A stretch of DNA of 64,000 nucleotides from Deltaproteobacteria bacterium (GCA_011526105.1 WYAZ01000034.1:1-64000); one strand, 5' to 3'. Shown: positions 1-9,271, counted from the first letter of the stretch. Numbers and translations are program-made. The notes: a model not told the origin generated them from the sequence alone.

Positions 1-10
1 CAAGACGCAA

Positions 11-27
11 GGCCCGCAAGGCGGGCC
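11..27 (-). terminator. Perfect 7-bp GC stem-loop (GGCCCGC-AAG-GCGGGCC) about 100 nt downstream of the minus-strand lipoprotein gene; possible intrinsic terminator
   Basis: Inverted repeat read directly at 11-17/21-27. On the minus strand it is followed by UUGCGUCUUG, which is only moderately U-rich. A second weaker hairpin lies at 60-77 and a 12-mer direct repeat ggcgggccgacg at 20-31 and 70-81. Confidence 0.3.
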
Positions 28-124
28 GACGAATGCGCTATCCTGCGATAACGCGAGGAGGCCCAACACGGCGGGCCGACGCGGATCGGCCGAAATCGCG
101 ACCGAGGGGGTTTTGAGATGAGCT

Positions 125-331
125 CTAATGCTGCGAGACGCAGACGAGGCAAGGTTCGGTCTCACCGACCTTGCAGACCCGGCGATCACAGACGCCCAGT
201 GGGCCCTCGGAAAGCTTGCACTTCTCGTAAGCCTGCTTGCACTCCGAGGTCGGCGCCACCCCCCTGACTTCGGGGCAGCCAGTGGCGAGGAAGCCGAGCA
301 GCAGCACGGACGCGACGCGTCGGAGGCTCAC
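125..331 (-). CDS. Small Cys-rich lipoprotein (68 aa), last gene of the PHP operon
   Basis: Signal peptide with lipobox LATGC. Eight Cys in 45 mature residues. ATG overlaps the stop of the upstream PHP gene (ATGA, 4-nt overlap). Confidence 0.5.
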   Translation of the reverse strand: MSLRRVASVLLLGFLATGCPEVRGVAPTSECKQAYEKCKLSEGPLGVCDRRVCKVGETEPCLVCVSQH

Positions 332-1260
332 GTCGACGCCTCCGACGCGTCGCGGCGGTCGAAGTCGAAGAGGCGCGAGGCGAAAGCGAGCACGCCGAGC
401 AGGCCGAGCACCGAGAGCGTTCGACCGAACAGGTCGAGCCAGCCTAATGGCGCGTAGCTGTAGTCCGAACGAGCCTCGATGGGGGCGGCCTCCAAGGACT
501 TCACGAGCGCCTCGGGGCCGAAGGCTCGGCCATCCGGCGCCACCGCCACGGTGCGACCTTCGCGAATCGCTTCGAGCACCCCCTCCTCCGAGGCCTCAGA
601 GACAAACAGGTAGGTCCGACAAATGCCGAGGCTCTTCATCCCGTGGAAGTCGGAGGAGCCGATCGCTGCGAGCCTCGGATGAGAAGGCTGATGCCGCTCG
701 AAGAAGCTCACCATGTCCTGATAGCTAAACCCGCGCTCGCGATCCTGGCGGAAGGCGATCGGATGGACCACTTCGGCCCCGTCGAGTAGATCAATCACCT
801 CGGCGTAGATGTCCCAGTACATCTCCACCGGATGGGCAGCAATGGCGACCGCGCCCTGCGCGTGGATGTCTTCGAGCAGCGAGCGCAGCGGGAGCCTCCA
901 GGAGGCGGTTCTCGTGAGCCCCAGCGCAATGAGATGGAACTTGTGCGTCGTGACCTCTTCTCCGATCAGGACCATGGGTCCGCCGAAGCGGCGTGCGAAC
1001 CAGGCCGCCATCTGGGCGGGGAAGATGATGTTGTGCTCGGTGATCCCGATGACGTCGAGGCCAGCCCGATGGGCCACGAGCACCGCGTCGAAGGGAAAGA
1101 GCAGGCCGTCGCTGTAACGCGTGTGAACGTGAAAGTCGCCTTGAAGGACCCGGAATCCTGCGCGCTCGTCCACCGGGCGCTCCGCGGTCTGATCACTCCA
1201 CATGCCCAGGGCGAGGCCAGCAAGGAGCATCGAGAGGGATGCGGCCCAGGCGCGACTCAT
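328..1260 (-). CDS. Secreted PHP-domain metal-dependent phosphoesterase
   Basis: The ORF-track ORF 328..1770 is N-terminally over-extended. The internal ATG at 1258-1260 gives MSRAWAASLSMLLAGLALGMW (signal peptide) followed by the PHP motifs FHVHTRYSDG...GITEHN...AHP. The start overlaps the upstream membrane gene by 4 nt. Confidence 0.75.
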   Translation of the reverse strand: MSRAWAASLSMLLAGLALGMWSDQTAERPVDERAGFRVLQGDFHVHTRYSDGLLFPFDAVLVAHRAGLDVIGITEHNIIFPAQMAAWFARRFGGPMVLIGEEVTTHKFHLIALGLTRTASWRLPLRSLLEDIHAQGAVAIAAHPVEMYWDIYAEVIDLLDGAEVVHPIAFRQDRERGFSYQDMVSFFERHQPSHPRLAAIGSSDFHGMKSLGICRTYLFVSEASEEGVLEAIREGRTVAVAPDGRAFGPEALVKSLEAAPIEARSDYSYAPLGWLDLFGRTLSVLGLLGVLAFASRLFDFDRRDASEAST

Positions 1261-1853
1261 GCGGTGCCGACACCGATGATCGGGGGCAGCTGCCCGACCA
1301 CCCAGAAGTAGCCCACGAGCGTTGTGCCGTAGAGGCCGTAGTAGCTCGAGGCGGCGTAGAAGCCGCGACGCGACCCGAGTCCGAAGCCGCGTCGAAAACA
1401 TGCGAGCGTGAGCAGCATCGACCAGCCCACCGCCACGAGCACACCGAGCGGGAGCAGCCCCGAGCTCACCAGGAACCCGAGCGTCGCCCAGCCGTTCGGA
1501 CTGAACAGGGCCAGCGCGGCGACGAGGGTGAGAAAGAACAGCCATGGGCCCTGACCGACGAAGAAGAGGTCGACGGAAGTGCCGAGCGAGACCTGCTTCC
1601 CGAACACACGGAGCACGACCCGCATCCAGAGGATCTGAAGCAGCGGGCTGAAGAACCAGGCGAGCGCCGAGAGCAGAAGGTGCGACAGCAGCAGGCGACC
1701 AGAGGTGGTCAGCGAGACGAAGGAGCCAACAACTACGAACCACTGAAGCGGCCTTCGGATCAGACGCCAAGCGCCCGATCGATCGCCCAGCTCAGCGAGG
1801 GATGCAAAGGTCCGCTCGGGCCGGAGCATGGCTCGAAGCTCGAAGGACCACAT
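1257..1853 (-). CDS. Integral membrane protein (multi-TM, unknown function), first gene of the PHP operon
   Basis: 198-aa ORF with 5-6 hydrophobic helices. Translationally coupled (ATGA) to the PHP gene. Confidence 0.55.
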   Translation of the reverse strand: MWSFELRAMLRPERTFASLAELGDRSGAWRLIRRPLQWFVVVGSFVSLTTSGRLLLSHLLLSALAWFFSPLLQILWMRVVLRVFGKQVSLGTSVDLFFVGQGPWLFFLTLVAALALFSPNGWATLGFLVSSGLLPLGVLVAVGWSMLLTLACFRRGFGLGSRRGFYAASSYYGLYGTTLVGYFWVVGQLPPIIGVGTA

Positions 1854-1911
1854 GCGTGTGGAGCTTAGCCGAAGGCGGGTCTACGCGCCCGCACCGAGGG
1901 GCCAACCGACG

Positions 1912-3504
1912 CTACAAGAAGAAGTTGAGGTCGAGGTAGTAAGTGCTCAGGTTCTGGGCCCCGTTGCCGAAGCTGTCCAACCAGGGATTCACAACGGCGG
2001 TCGAGTTGTTCCCGCTCTGGATATAGGGATTCTGAAGGGTGTAGATCCCAAGGCGAGTCGCGAAGTACGAGGTGAATTGGTAGCCGAGCTCGAACGAGCC
2101 GAACAGGAGGTCGATCTGACCGCCCGAGTCGTTCGCGTTCTGGGAAGCGCCCGGCGTGAAGGCCAGACCCGTGGTCGGGCTGTCTCCGCCGTAGTGCAGG
2201 AACCGGTGGTCCATGCCGGCCGCGAGGGAGATATTGAAGTTCCCGAACAGCGTGTAGATGAGCGAGGCGCTGTAGTTGAGCCCCCAGCTGATGGGCAGGA
2301 TGTTGGTGTAACAGTCCGACTGCGTCTCCTTGTTGAAGGCGCGGCAGGAGTTCACCAAAGAAGCGGCGTCGTCGGTGTCGAGGATGACCTGGTTCGGTCC
2401 GAGGTCTCCACGAAAGCCACCCGAGATGACCGCGGTCAGTGATCCTGGCCCCACCTCGGCGAAGGTCTTGAAGGTGTTGAACGAGCTGTTGATGCGAAGG
2501 ATACGATCGACCGCGGCCGACTGTTTGGAGGTCGGAAGCCGGAAGATCAGATTCCCGCCGAAGTTGATGCCCGTGGTTTCTTCTGTGAAGAAGACCGGCG
2601 ACACCGCGCCAAACATCAAGTCGCCGAATTGGAACTCGTTGGGGGCAACCACAGCCACCGCGCTGTTCGAGTTGGAGATCGCCTGGCTGAAGTCGAAGCC
2701 AGCCACCGCGCGGAGCTTGGGATCGAAGGCCCAGAACCCGCGAACGAAAACGCTGTAGCCAAAGGCGGTGGTGCCGTCTGCACCGTCGATGGCGACACCT
2801 GGGTCGGCCCGAGTGGCCACTGCGCCACCGCTGCCGGTGAAGGCGCCGGCGCCGAGGGTGCCTTCGAGTGTGATGTTGAGACTCCAAGGCTTGTCACCCG
2901 TGGCCGGCGCACCGGTCGCGGCCATCTGAGCGAGGGCATTCTTGTCCTTCTTCTTCTCCTTTTCGTCGCCCGCAGGTTCATCCTCGGCGGGGGCAGCGGC
3001 GTCCGTCGGCGCCGATACCGTGGGTGCAGGTGCAGCAGCAGGCGCGGGCGCGGCGGCCGGCGCGGGCGCGGGCGCAGGCGCAGGGGTCGGAGCCGGCGCG
3101 GGCTCGGGAACCACCGCCGGTTCTTCGCCCTTCACCGCGAAGCTGAGGATGATGGTCTCGGCGTTGGCCGAAGCGCCAAAGGACAGGGCCTTGAGCTGGT
3201 CGTTGACGCAGCCGGCGTAGGTTTCATCGAGCGAGGTGTCTACGTTCGAGATCTCGGTGACCGCGCCCGTGGGATCCACAGAGAGACGCACCGAGTGCGT
3301 CGCGATCCCTTCGCGCGTCCCACAGCCCGCGAGCCCGCTGAGCGCGCTCTGCACGGTCGTGGTGACCGCGGCGCCGTCACGAACGACGGCGCCCTCGGTG
3401 ACGCTCGCTATCTGCGCGTCCCCCGCGAGCTCGACGATCGTCTCGGCGAGCGCGAGCTGGGGCAGCAGCACGAGCGCGCCGGCCAAGCTACCGATCGCGA
3501 GCAT
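1912..3504 (-). CDS. Secreted protein with an N-terminal domain, a Pro/Ala-rich linker and a C-terminal beta-rich domain (possible outer-membrane beta-barrel)
   Basis: The ORF 1912..3747 is trimmed to the ATG at 3502-3504, giving the signal peptide MLAIGSLAGALVLLPQLALAET. The linker is PAPAPTPAPAPAPAPAAAPAPAAAPAP. The C-terminal 350 aa has alternating aromatic and Gly/Asn/Ser beta-strand character and ends NFFL. Confidence 0.6.
   Translation of the reverse strand: MLAIGSLAGALVLLPQLALAETIVELAGDAQIASVTEGAVVRDGAAVTTTVQSALSGLAGCGTREGIATHSVRLSVDPTGAVTEISNVDTSLDETYAGCVNDQLKALSFGASANAETIILSFAVKGEEPAVVPEPAPAPTPAPAPAPAPAAAPAPAAAPAPTVSAPTDAAAPAEDEPAGDEKEKKKDKNALAQMAATGAPATGDKPWSLNITLEGTLGAGAFTGSGGAVATRADPGVAIDGADGTTAFGYSVFVRGFWAFDPKLRAVAGFDFSQAISNSNSAVAVVAPNEFQFGDLMFGAVSPVFFTEETTGINFGGNLIFRLPTSKQSAAVDRILRINSSFNTFKTFAEVGPGSLTAVISGGFRGDLGPNQVILDTDDAASLVNSCRAFNKETQSDCYTNILPISWGLNYSASLIYTLFGNFNISLAAGMDHRFLHYGGDSPTTGLAFTPGASQNANDSGGQIDLLFGSFELGYQFTSYFATRLGIYTLQNPYIQSGNNSTAVVNPWLDSFGNGAQNLSTYYLDLNFFL
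2990..3110. repeat. GC-rich low-complexity hexanucleotide-like repeat (gcgggc/gcaggc)n encoding the PA-rich linker
   Basis: Read directly: gcaggtgcagcagcaggcgcgggcgcggcggccggcgcgggcgcgggcgcaggcgcagg. Confidence 0.4.
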
Positions 3505-3756
3505 CGGTCGGGTGTGAGTCTGGTTCTTGAAGTCGTTGTATGTCGGCACCGTCACTACCTCGTGCGCCCGTCCCCAAGCGCAACCACTAGCCGGTACCAA
3601 ACCCGTTCCAGGCTTGCTACTGGAGAGTGACGTACAGGGAAAGCCAGAGGTCTGTGACGCAGGCACGTCATTCGGCCTGCAACTTTGGGGGTTTACGGTC
3701 GTGGTCTGATGTCCGACGTCGGCTCCGGCCGGGGACGTCTTCGGCAATATTTCAAC

Positions 3757-5934
3757 CTACAGCACGGTCTCGAAGCGATAGGTCAGCTTGAGGGTCAGGC
3801 TCCGTTCTCCCTGCCCTGGCTCCAGGAGGTCGAGGTCCTCCCGGTAGACGAAGAAGAGGTCGCTGCCAGGGAGGTACCTCCATCGCACCCGCAAGAGCGC
3901 GATGGCTCGATCCGCGACGTCGTTCATCTGGAAGTTGGTCTCGAAGGAGAGCCGATTGTCGATCGCGAGCACCGCGCCGGTGCTGAGCGTGAAGGTACTG
4001 AGCGCGGGATGATGGGGAAGGTCCATGAAGGCTAGGTCCGTGGCCCCGAACCATCGAAGATGCGACCCCAAGTTCAGCGTCCCTTCGAGTCGCAGCGCGT
4101 GGATGGCGCCGCCGAAGAAGTAATCACCCCCGTTGTAGATGAGCGCGAGGCTCGGGTTCCGGCCTTCGGGGCTTCGCAGCGCCGCTCGAACGTTGAAGCC
4201 CTGATAGAGGCCCGGCGCGATCGAGACGTCCGGAAAGAGCTCGAACTCGGTCTGCACCACGTCCGAGATCATCTCCGCCCGCAGCTCGGCCTGAAACCCA
4301 TTGCGCCACCGCACCACCCCGTCGAGGTGAAAGCGCTGTTCGAGCACGTCGCGGAAGTCCTCCGAAGTGGTGAGCTCCGCGAGCGCCGCGGCCCGCAGCG
4401 AAGCGAGCCCGTAGTCGGAGGTTCGATGGATCCAAGGAAGCTCAGCACGACTTCGGGCCGCCCCTGCTCGGCGGACGAAGCCAATCGCGGGATCGAAGTC
4501 GTCGGTCACGACCAGCACCGAGACCACCGGCTGGACCTCGTAGCCGCGAAACTGCAACGCAGCTTGCGCGGCATGCCCAACCCGGCTCGTCTCGATCGCC
4601 TCATCGAGGGTGCTCGCCCAAAACCCCGACAGCTCGATACGATCTTGGAAGCGCACCGCGCCGTCGAGGCCGAAGCCCAGGTTCGGCGCCCCAAACAACC
4701 CCTCGCGACCAGGACCCGAGACGAGGCCGCGATGCGTGAAGATGGCGCCGAGATGCGAGGTGTCCGTGAGGTTGTAGCGCAGCCGGGCCACCGCAGCGTT
4801 GGACGCTTCGTCCGCCTGGCCCGCGCCGGTGACGGTCTCGAGGAGTCCAAACTCCACGGGTCCCCGACGGCCGTACGTCTTGAGGCCGCCGAGCACCGGC
4901 AAGATGCGCGCTGCATCATCGAGACCGATGCGGCGAGAGAAGAAGAGCTGCGCGACCCCAGATTCTCCGACATCAAAGATCTCGAGGCCCGACAAGAAGA
5001 ACGGACGACGCTCGGGCAAGAAGAGCGGGAACCGATTCAGATTCACGACCGGGTCGTCGAGGTCGACCTGTGCAAAGTCGGTGAGGATGGACGCTTCGAC
5101 GAAGACGTTGTCCGCCACGTTCATGCGAAGCTCTCCGCCGAGCTTGCCTTCGAAGGGTGAGAGACCTTCGCGGTCGCGGTAGCCACCGAGCGCATAGGGC
5201 AACAGCATGAGCGGCACGCCTCCCCCCATGCCTTGGAGTCCCGACAGGCTCCCGTAGTAGAGCGCGGCGACGGGACCAAACTCGGGCGGCAGGTGCGACC
5301 AGTCGTAGGTCGCGAGGCGATCGTTGTGGTCCCGCGTCACGTTGAAGCCGATGGTGCGCTCCCCCTCGAGGTCGGAGAGCCCCAGGGCCGAGACCGGGAT
5401 CCTGAACTCCGCGCTCCAGAAACCTTCCCCCACGAAGGCCTCCGCCTCCCAGAGCATGTCGTACTCGCGGCGAAACGTGCGCCCGTTATCGAGCGCGATG
5501 TAGTCGATGAGGGCGCCGGCCGGGTTGATGCCGAAGCCCAGCGTGGTGCGGCTGTCGCGGCGCGGGTCGATCTTCACGGTGACCGCGTCGTCTTGGTAGA
5601 GGCGAAAGCTATCGAAGGTGAGCTCGAGCGCCCGAGGCTCGCTCTCAACCCCCGCGATGAGGTGGCAGCGCACACCGACGTAGAGCGCCTCCTCGTCATA
5701 GAGCACGTGGACCTCGGTCGGCGCGGCAGGCTCGGCCATTGGGACGGGGATGCGCTCGATGAAGTGACGGGTGTAGGCGGCCTGCGCCCATCCGGGCTCA
5801 TCCAGACGTCCGTCGATGGAGATCGCGTGCGCCCCGCGGTGCACTGCCTGCAGCCTCGGGCGCTCCTCGCCCCAGCCGGGCGGACAGAGGCAGAGGATTC
5901 CCGAAACGGCGATGACCTGGGCGGCACGAACCAA
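3757..5934 (-). CDS. Large secreted protein with a CBM9/DOMON-like N-terminal domain and a DUF5916-like C-terminal region (family names from memory)
   Basis: The ORF 3757..6126 runs to an ATG at 6048, but that N-terminus is not signal-like. An in-frame TTG at 5932-5934 gives M-VRAAQVIAVSGILCLCPPGWG (signal peptide) directly before AISIDGRLDEPGWAQA, which resembles a CBM9-like start. The start is uncertain between 5934 and 6048. Confidence 0.55.
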   Translation of the reverse strand: MVRAAQVIAVSGILCLCPPGWGEERPRLQAVHRGAHAISIDGRLDEPGWAQAAYTRHFIERIPVPMAEPAAPTEVHVLYDEEALYVGVRCHLIAGVESEPRALELTFDSFRLYQDDAVTVKIDPRRDSRTTLGFGINPAGALIDYIALDNGRTFRREYDMLWEAEAFVGEGFWSAEFRIPVSALGLSDLEGERTIGFNVTRDHNDRLATYDWSHLPPEFGPVAALYYGSLSGLQGMGGGVPLMLLPYALGGYRDREGLSPFEGKLGGELRMNVADNVFVEASILTDFAQVDLDDPVVNLNRFPLFLPERRPFFLSGLEIFDVGESGVAQLFFSRRIGLDDAARILPVLGGLKTYGRRGPVEFGLLETVTGAGQADEASNAAVARLRYNLTDTSHLGAIFTHRGLVSGPGREGLFGAPNLGFGLDGAVRFQDRIELSGFWASTLDEAIETSRVGHAAQAALQFRGYEVQPVVSVLVVTDDFDPAIGFVRRAGAARSRAELPWIHRTSDYGLASLRAAALAELTTSEDFRDVLEQRFHLDGVVRWRNGFQAELRAEMISDVVQTEFELFPDVSIAPGLYQGFNVRAALRSPEGRNPSLALIYNGGDYFFGGAIHALRLEGTLNLGSHLRWFGATDLAFMDLPHHPALSTFTLSTGAVLAIDNRLSFETNFQMNDVADRAIALLRVRWRYLPGSDLFFVYREDLDLLEPGQGERSLTLKLTYRFETVL

Positions 5935-6046
5935 GCTGGGGCTCGTACCCAAGGCCACACGAGGGGTCAACGCATCGCGTTTCAGGTCGAAGTGGAGACG
6001 AGGGAAGAGATCCCGAGCGGCAAGGTTTATGATGAGTTCAGGCCTC

Positions 6047-6745
6047 ATGATCGGCGAAGAGAAGAATGAACTGGCGAGGATCCCTGCGCGCCTCCAGCCG
6101 ATGATGTTGACGCATCTCTTCATCACCGGAGACGTCGAGCAGTTTCGTCGGTGGCGAGATCAGGTCGAGACGATCCGTCAGACCGAGGCCGTCTACCTCG
6201 AACACGATCCCTTCTTGAAGCGCATCCTCCGGCGTAAGGAGGTCTGGGCCCGAGTTCGAAAGACCGGCCAGCTCGGTGCCATGCTCACACTCGGTCCGGG
6301 CGTGATCTGGATGGCCTGGCTCATCCCGGCCTACGCGATCGGTCACGGTTTTGGCTGGGCCGCGGCCCTCACGTACCTCTTGCCGGTCCCGCTCGCGTTC
6401 CGCGTCGCGCGGACGCTGTTCGAGAAGAGCGCGATGGCCGGCATGCGAGACCATCGGCGAGGCTCGGCGCTCCGGCGACGTGTGCTCGCGTGGCTGCGAG
6501 GTGCGGGACGAAGCTACGCCTCGGGCTTCGCCTTTGGCTTCACGCTCACCTTCTTGCAGGGGCTGATCTCATGGTTCATGACCCCGGCGCCCACGCTCGG
6601 CGCCGAGCTCGTCACGGACTTCGTGCTCGGCACCTGGGCCGGCATGTTCACCGGAGGCGTGGCGGTGATGATGACCCCGCTTCTGACCCGACCCGCGCCA
6701 ACGGATGATTCGCTGGCGCTCTCCGCCGTCACCCAAGACCGCTGA
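6047..6745 (+). CDS. Hypothetical membrane protein
   Basis: ATG at 6047 (MIGEEKNELARIP...), in frame with the ORF 5816..6745, whose 5' part is antisense to the neighbouring gene. Several hydrophobic helices (GVIWMAWLIPAYAIGHGFGWAAALTYLLPVPLAF). An alternative start lies at MMLTHLF. Confidence 0.45.
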   Translation: MIGEEKNELARIPARLQPMMLTHLFITGDVEQFRRWRDQVETIRQTEAVYLEHDPFLKRILRRKEVWARVRKTGQLGAMLTLGPGVIWMAWLIPAYAIGHGFGWAAALTYLLPVPLAFRVARTLFEKSAMAGMRDHRRGSALRRRVLAWLRGAGRSYASGFAFGFTLTFLQGLISWFMTPAPTLGAELVTDFVLGTWAGMFTGGVAVMMTPLLTRPAPTDDSLALSAVTQDR

Positions 6746-6761
6746 GGTCTCGAGCTCGGCT

Positions 6762-7031
6762 CTAGAGCTTCTCGCGGCGGTGAACCGCTTTGAGGATCAC
6801 ATCGAGCGCGCTGGTCGCTCGCTCGAGCGCAGCCACCGCCTTCGTGAGCTCTTGGCACTCAGTCTTGAACTCGGTCTGTACGACCTTGTTCTTCTTTGCG
6901 GCGTCGAGGGTCCCTTCGGCGCGCTTCGCGAGTTGGTCGAGCCAACCGCGAGCCGCCTCTCCCTCGAACAGCACCGCGTCCGCACGGTCCATGAGATCTC
7001 GCGCGTTCACTCGTTCGGTTCTGCCTGACAT
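6762..7031 (-). CDS. Small helical/coiled-coil protein (about 89 aa), unknown function
   Basis: Internal ATG at 7029-7031 gives MSGRTERVNARDLMDRADAVLFEGEAARGWLDQLAKRAEGTLDAAKKNK.... Upstream of it the ORF is Arg/Pro-rich junk. Confidence 0.4.
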   Translation of the reverse strand: MSGRTERVNARDLMDRADAVLFEGEAARGWLDQLAKRAEGTLDAAKKNKVVQTEFKTECQELTKAVAALERATSALDVILKAVHRREKL

Positions 7032-7098
7032 CGTCCGCTGAAAAATACCCAAGTCGAGATGTTTGCCTACGAAAAACCGACGAGCGAGGGTTTTACTG

Positions 7099-8145
7099 AT
7101 GGCGCCGAGCATGCGGCTTTGGCAGAAGTGCCGCGTGGAATACCGCCTCCTGGGCCCCACCGGGGTCCGAGTCTCGTCTCTTTGCCTCGGAACAATGTCT
7201 TTCGGCGGTGAATCCGACGAAGCGGCCTCCGGCGCCATGTTTCACCGCGCCCGGGAGCTGGGGATCAACGTTTTCGACGCCGCCGACGTGTACCAGGGCG
7301 GGGCGTCCGAGCGCATCCTCGGCCGGCTCATCGCCTCCTGCCGCGACGAGGTCGTGGTGAAGACGAAGGCCTACTTCCCGACCGGGCGCGACATCAACGC
7401 TCGCGGAAGCTCCCGCCTGCATCTGGTGCGTGCGGTCGAGGGGAGCCTCGAGCGACTGAACACCGACCGCATCGACCTCTTCTATCTGCACCGCTTCGAC
7501 GAGCTCGCCTCGATGGAAGAGACGATGCGTGCGCTCGACGATCTCGTCCGCCAGGGCAAGGTGCTCTACTTGGGCGCGAGCAACTTCGCGGCCTGGCAGT
7601 TCCAAAAGGCGCTCGGCCTCGCGGAAGCACGCCGCCTCAGCCCCTTCGTGGCGATTCAGCCCATGTACAACCTCGTGAAGCGACAGGCGGAGGTCGAGAT
7701 CCTCCCGATGGCGCTGGCCGAGAACGTCGCGGTGTTCCCGTACAGCCCGCTCGGCGGCGGTCTCCTCTCTGGAAAATACCGCCGAGATGCGCGCCCGACC
7801 GAGGGACGCCTGCAGCGGGTGAAGATGTACACCGATCGCTACGGAGCGGACGCGTACTTCGAGATCGCCGAGCGCTTCACCGCGTTGGCGGCCGAGCTCG
7901 GGCACCACCCAGCGAGCTTGGCGGTGGCCTGGGTCATCAGTCACCCCGCGGTCACCTCTGCGATCCTGGGCGCACGTGACCTCGCGCAGCTCGAGCCCTC
8001 GCTCCTCGGGGCGAAGGTCGAGATGAATGCAGAGCTGCGCGCACGCATCTCCGCGCTCTCTCCCGAGCCCGCCCCAGCGACGGATCGAAACGAGGAGCGG
8101 ACCGGGAACGACTTCGGCAAGCGCCTGCTCTCGGAGCGCAAGTAG
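7099..8145 (+). CDS. Aldo/keto reductase family oxidoreductase
   Basis: VEYRLLGPTGVRVSSLCLGTMSFGG...LGINVFDAADVYQGGASE...IDLFYLHRFD...LYLGASNF are typical AKR motifs. The track start at 7063 is TTG. ATGs lie at 7099 and 7111 and a GTG at 7135, so the start is ambiguous. Confidence 0.8.
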   Translation: MAPSMRLWQKCRVEYRLLGPTGVRVSSLCLGTMSFGGESDEAASGAMFHRARELGINVFDAADVYQGGASERILGRLIASCRDEVVVKTKAYFPTGRDINARGSSRLHLVRAVEGSLERLNTDRIDLFYLHRFDELASMEETMRALDDLVRQGKVLYLGASNFAAWQFQKALGLAEARRLSPFVAIQPMYNLVKRQAEVEILPMALAENVAVFPYSPLGGGLLSGKYRRDARPTEGRLQRVKMYTDRYGADAYFEIAERFTALAAELGHHPASLAVAWVISHPAVTSAILGARDLAQLEPSLLGAKVEMNAELRARISALSPEPAPATDRNEERTGNDFGKRLLSERK

Positions 8146-8157
8146 GCGACTCGCCGG

Positions 8158-9192
8158 CTACGCCGGCCGCATGAAGCGAGAGAGGAACTCGTTCGGCTGC
8201 AAATGCCCCCGCAAGGTGCGCAGCGTCCGTACGAAGTCGAGCGCCGAACGAAGGCCGGCGTAGGCGGTAAGACCGATCAGGAGCTGCTCGAACTGGACGG
8301 GCGTGGCGCCCGAGAGCCACAAGCCGACGGCGAGGAGCGGCGTTCCGATGATGAGCAGCGGGTCTGGCTGCGCTTTGACGGAGAGCAAGTGACCGATCAG
8401 CACACGTCCGGCCAGCGTGGGCGTGAGGAGTGCGAGGAGAAACTGCGGCGGGCGAGCGCCGATGTCTGGGATGAGCAGAAAGATGGCGCCCACAAACAAC
8501 ACCGGCGCGAAGATCAGCGCCGGCTCGAAGAGCCGCTTTCGGACCCGAAGAATCGGGCCGATGATGGTGGAGGCACACGCCGCGAACGCCGCGACGAACA
8601 GCAGATCGATCGCGGTGTAGTGCATGACCAAAGCCGTACTGCGAAGAACCTCGGGCCCCACGACCGCGCCCGCGACGTAGAACGACGCGGTGACGACGAT
8701 GCCTTCCACGTTGCCCACGCGACCCATGAAGACCTGACCGGTGACCTGCTGCTCCCAGAAGGTCATGCCGTAGGAGAGGCAGGCCACCAGCATGATGATG
8801 ACGCCGCGGTCGGAGCTCAGGCCGAAACAGATGACCGCTCCAAGGAACATGAACGTGAGGTTGAACGCGTCCAGCCAGTGATCGAGAAACTCGCCCAGCG
8901 GACTCGATGTACCGGTGCGACGCGCTTGCGCCCCATCGATGTTGTCGAAGGTGAGGTAGGCAAAGATGAGTCCGACCATGAGCGCCATGGTCAGCCGCGT
9001 GGGTTCGAGGAAGACCGCAATGAGGAACGCGCTGACCGAGCAGGTGGTCCCCATGAGGGTCAGGTCGTTCGCCGCAAAGGTCGGGGGCACGATCCCGAGA
9101 ACCGGCTGCCAGACGAATCGCTTGAGCAGCGGGACCAAGATCGAGTGGTCCTCGACGTGGTAGCGCTCAGTCACGGGGCGAGAGGATGGCAA
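8158..9192 (-). CDS. CDP-alcohol phosphatidyltransferase family membrane protein
   Basis: The signature D-G-x2-A-R-x8-G-x3-D-x3-D is present as DGAQARRTGTSSPLGEFLDHWLD. About 8 TM helices. Confidence 0.75.
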   Translation of the reverse strand: MPSSRPVTERYHVEDHSILVPLLKRFVWQPVLGIVPPTFAANDLTLMGTTCSVSAFLIAVFLEPTRLTMALMVGLIFAYLTFDNIDGAQARRTGTSSPLGEFLDHWLDAFNLTFMFLGAVICFGLSSDRGVIIMLVACLSYGMTFWEQQVTGQVFMGRVGNVEGIVVTASFYVAGAVVGPEVLRSTALVMHYTAIDLLFVAAFAACASTIIGPILRVRKRLFEPALIFAPVLFVGAIFLLIPDIGARPPQFLLALLTPTLAGRVLIGHLLSVKAQPDPLLIIGTPLLAVGLWLSGATPVQFEQLLIGLTAYAGLRSALDFVRTLRTLRGHLQPNEFLSRFMRPA

Positions 9193-9271
9193 ACTACCTT
9201 TGGGCGGCGCAAGAGCCAGACCGAAGAATGACGGTGACGCCCCGTGCGAACTCGGTTTCGCAGCCCGCGAT

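Noticed and set aside
8203-9231. 342-aa plus-strand ORF antisense to the CDP-alcohol phosphatidyltransferase gene
   Set aside because: Arg/Glu/Asp-rich low-complexity translation typical of antisense frames in 70%-GC DNA. The opposite strand carries a textbook family motif
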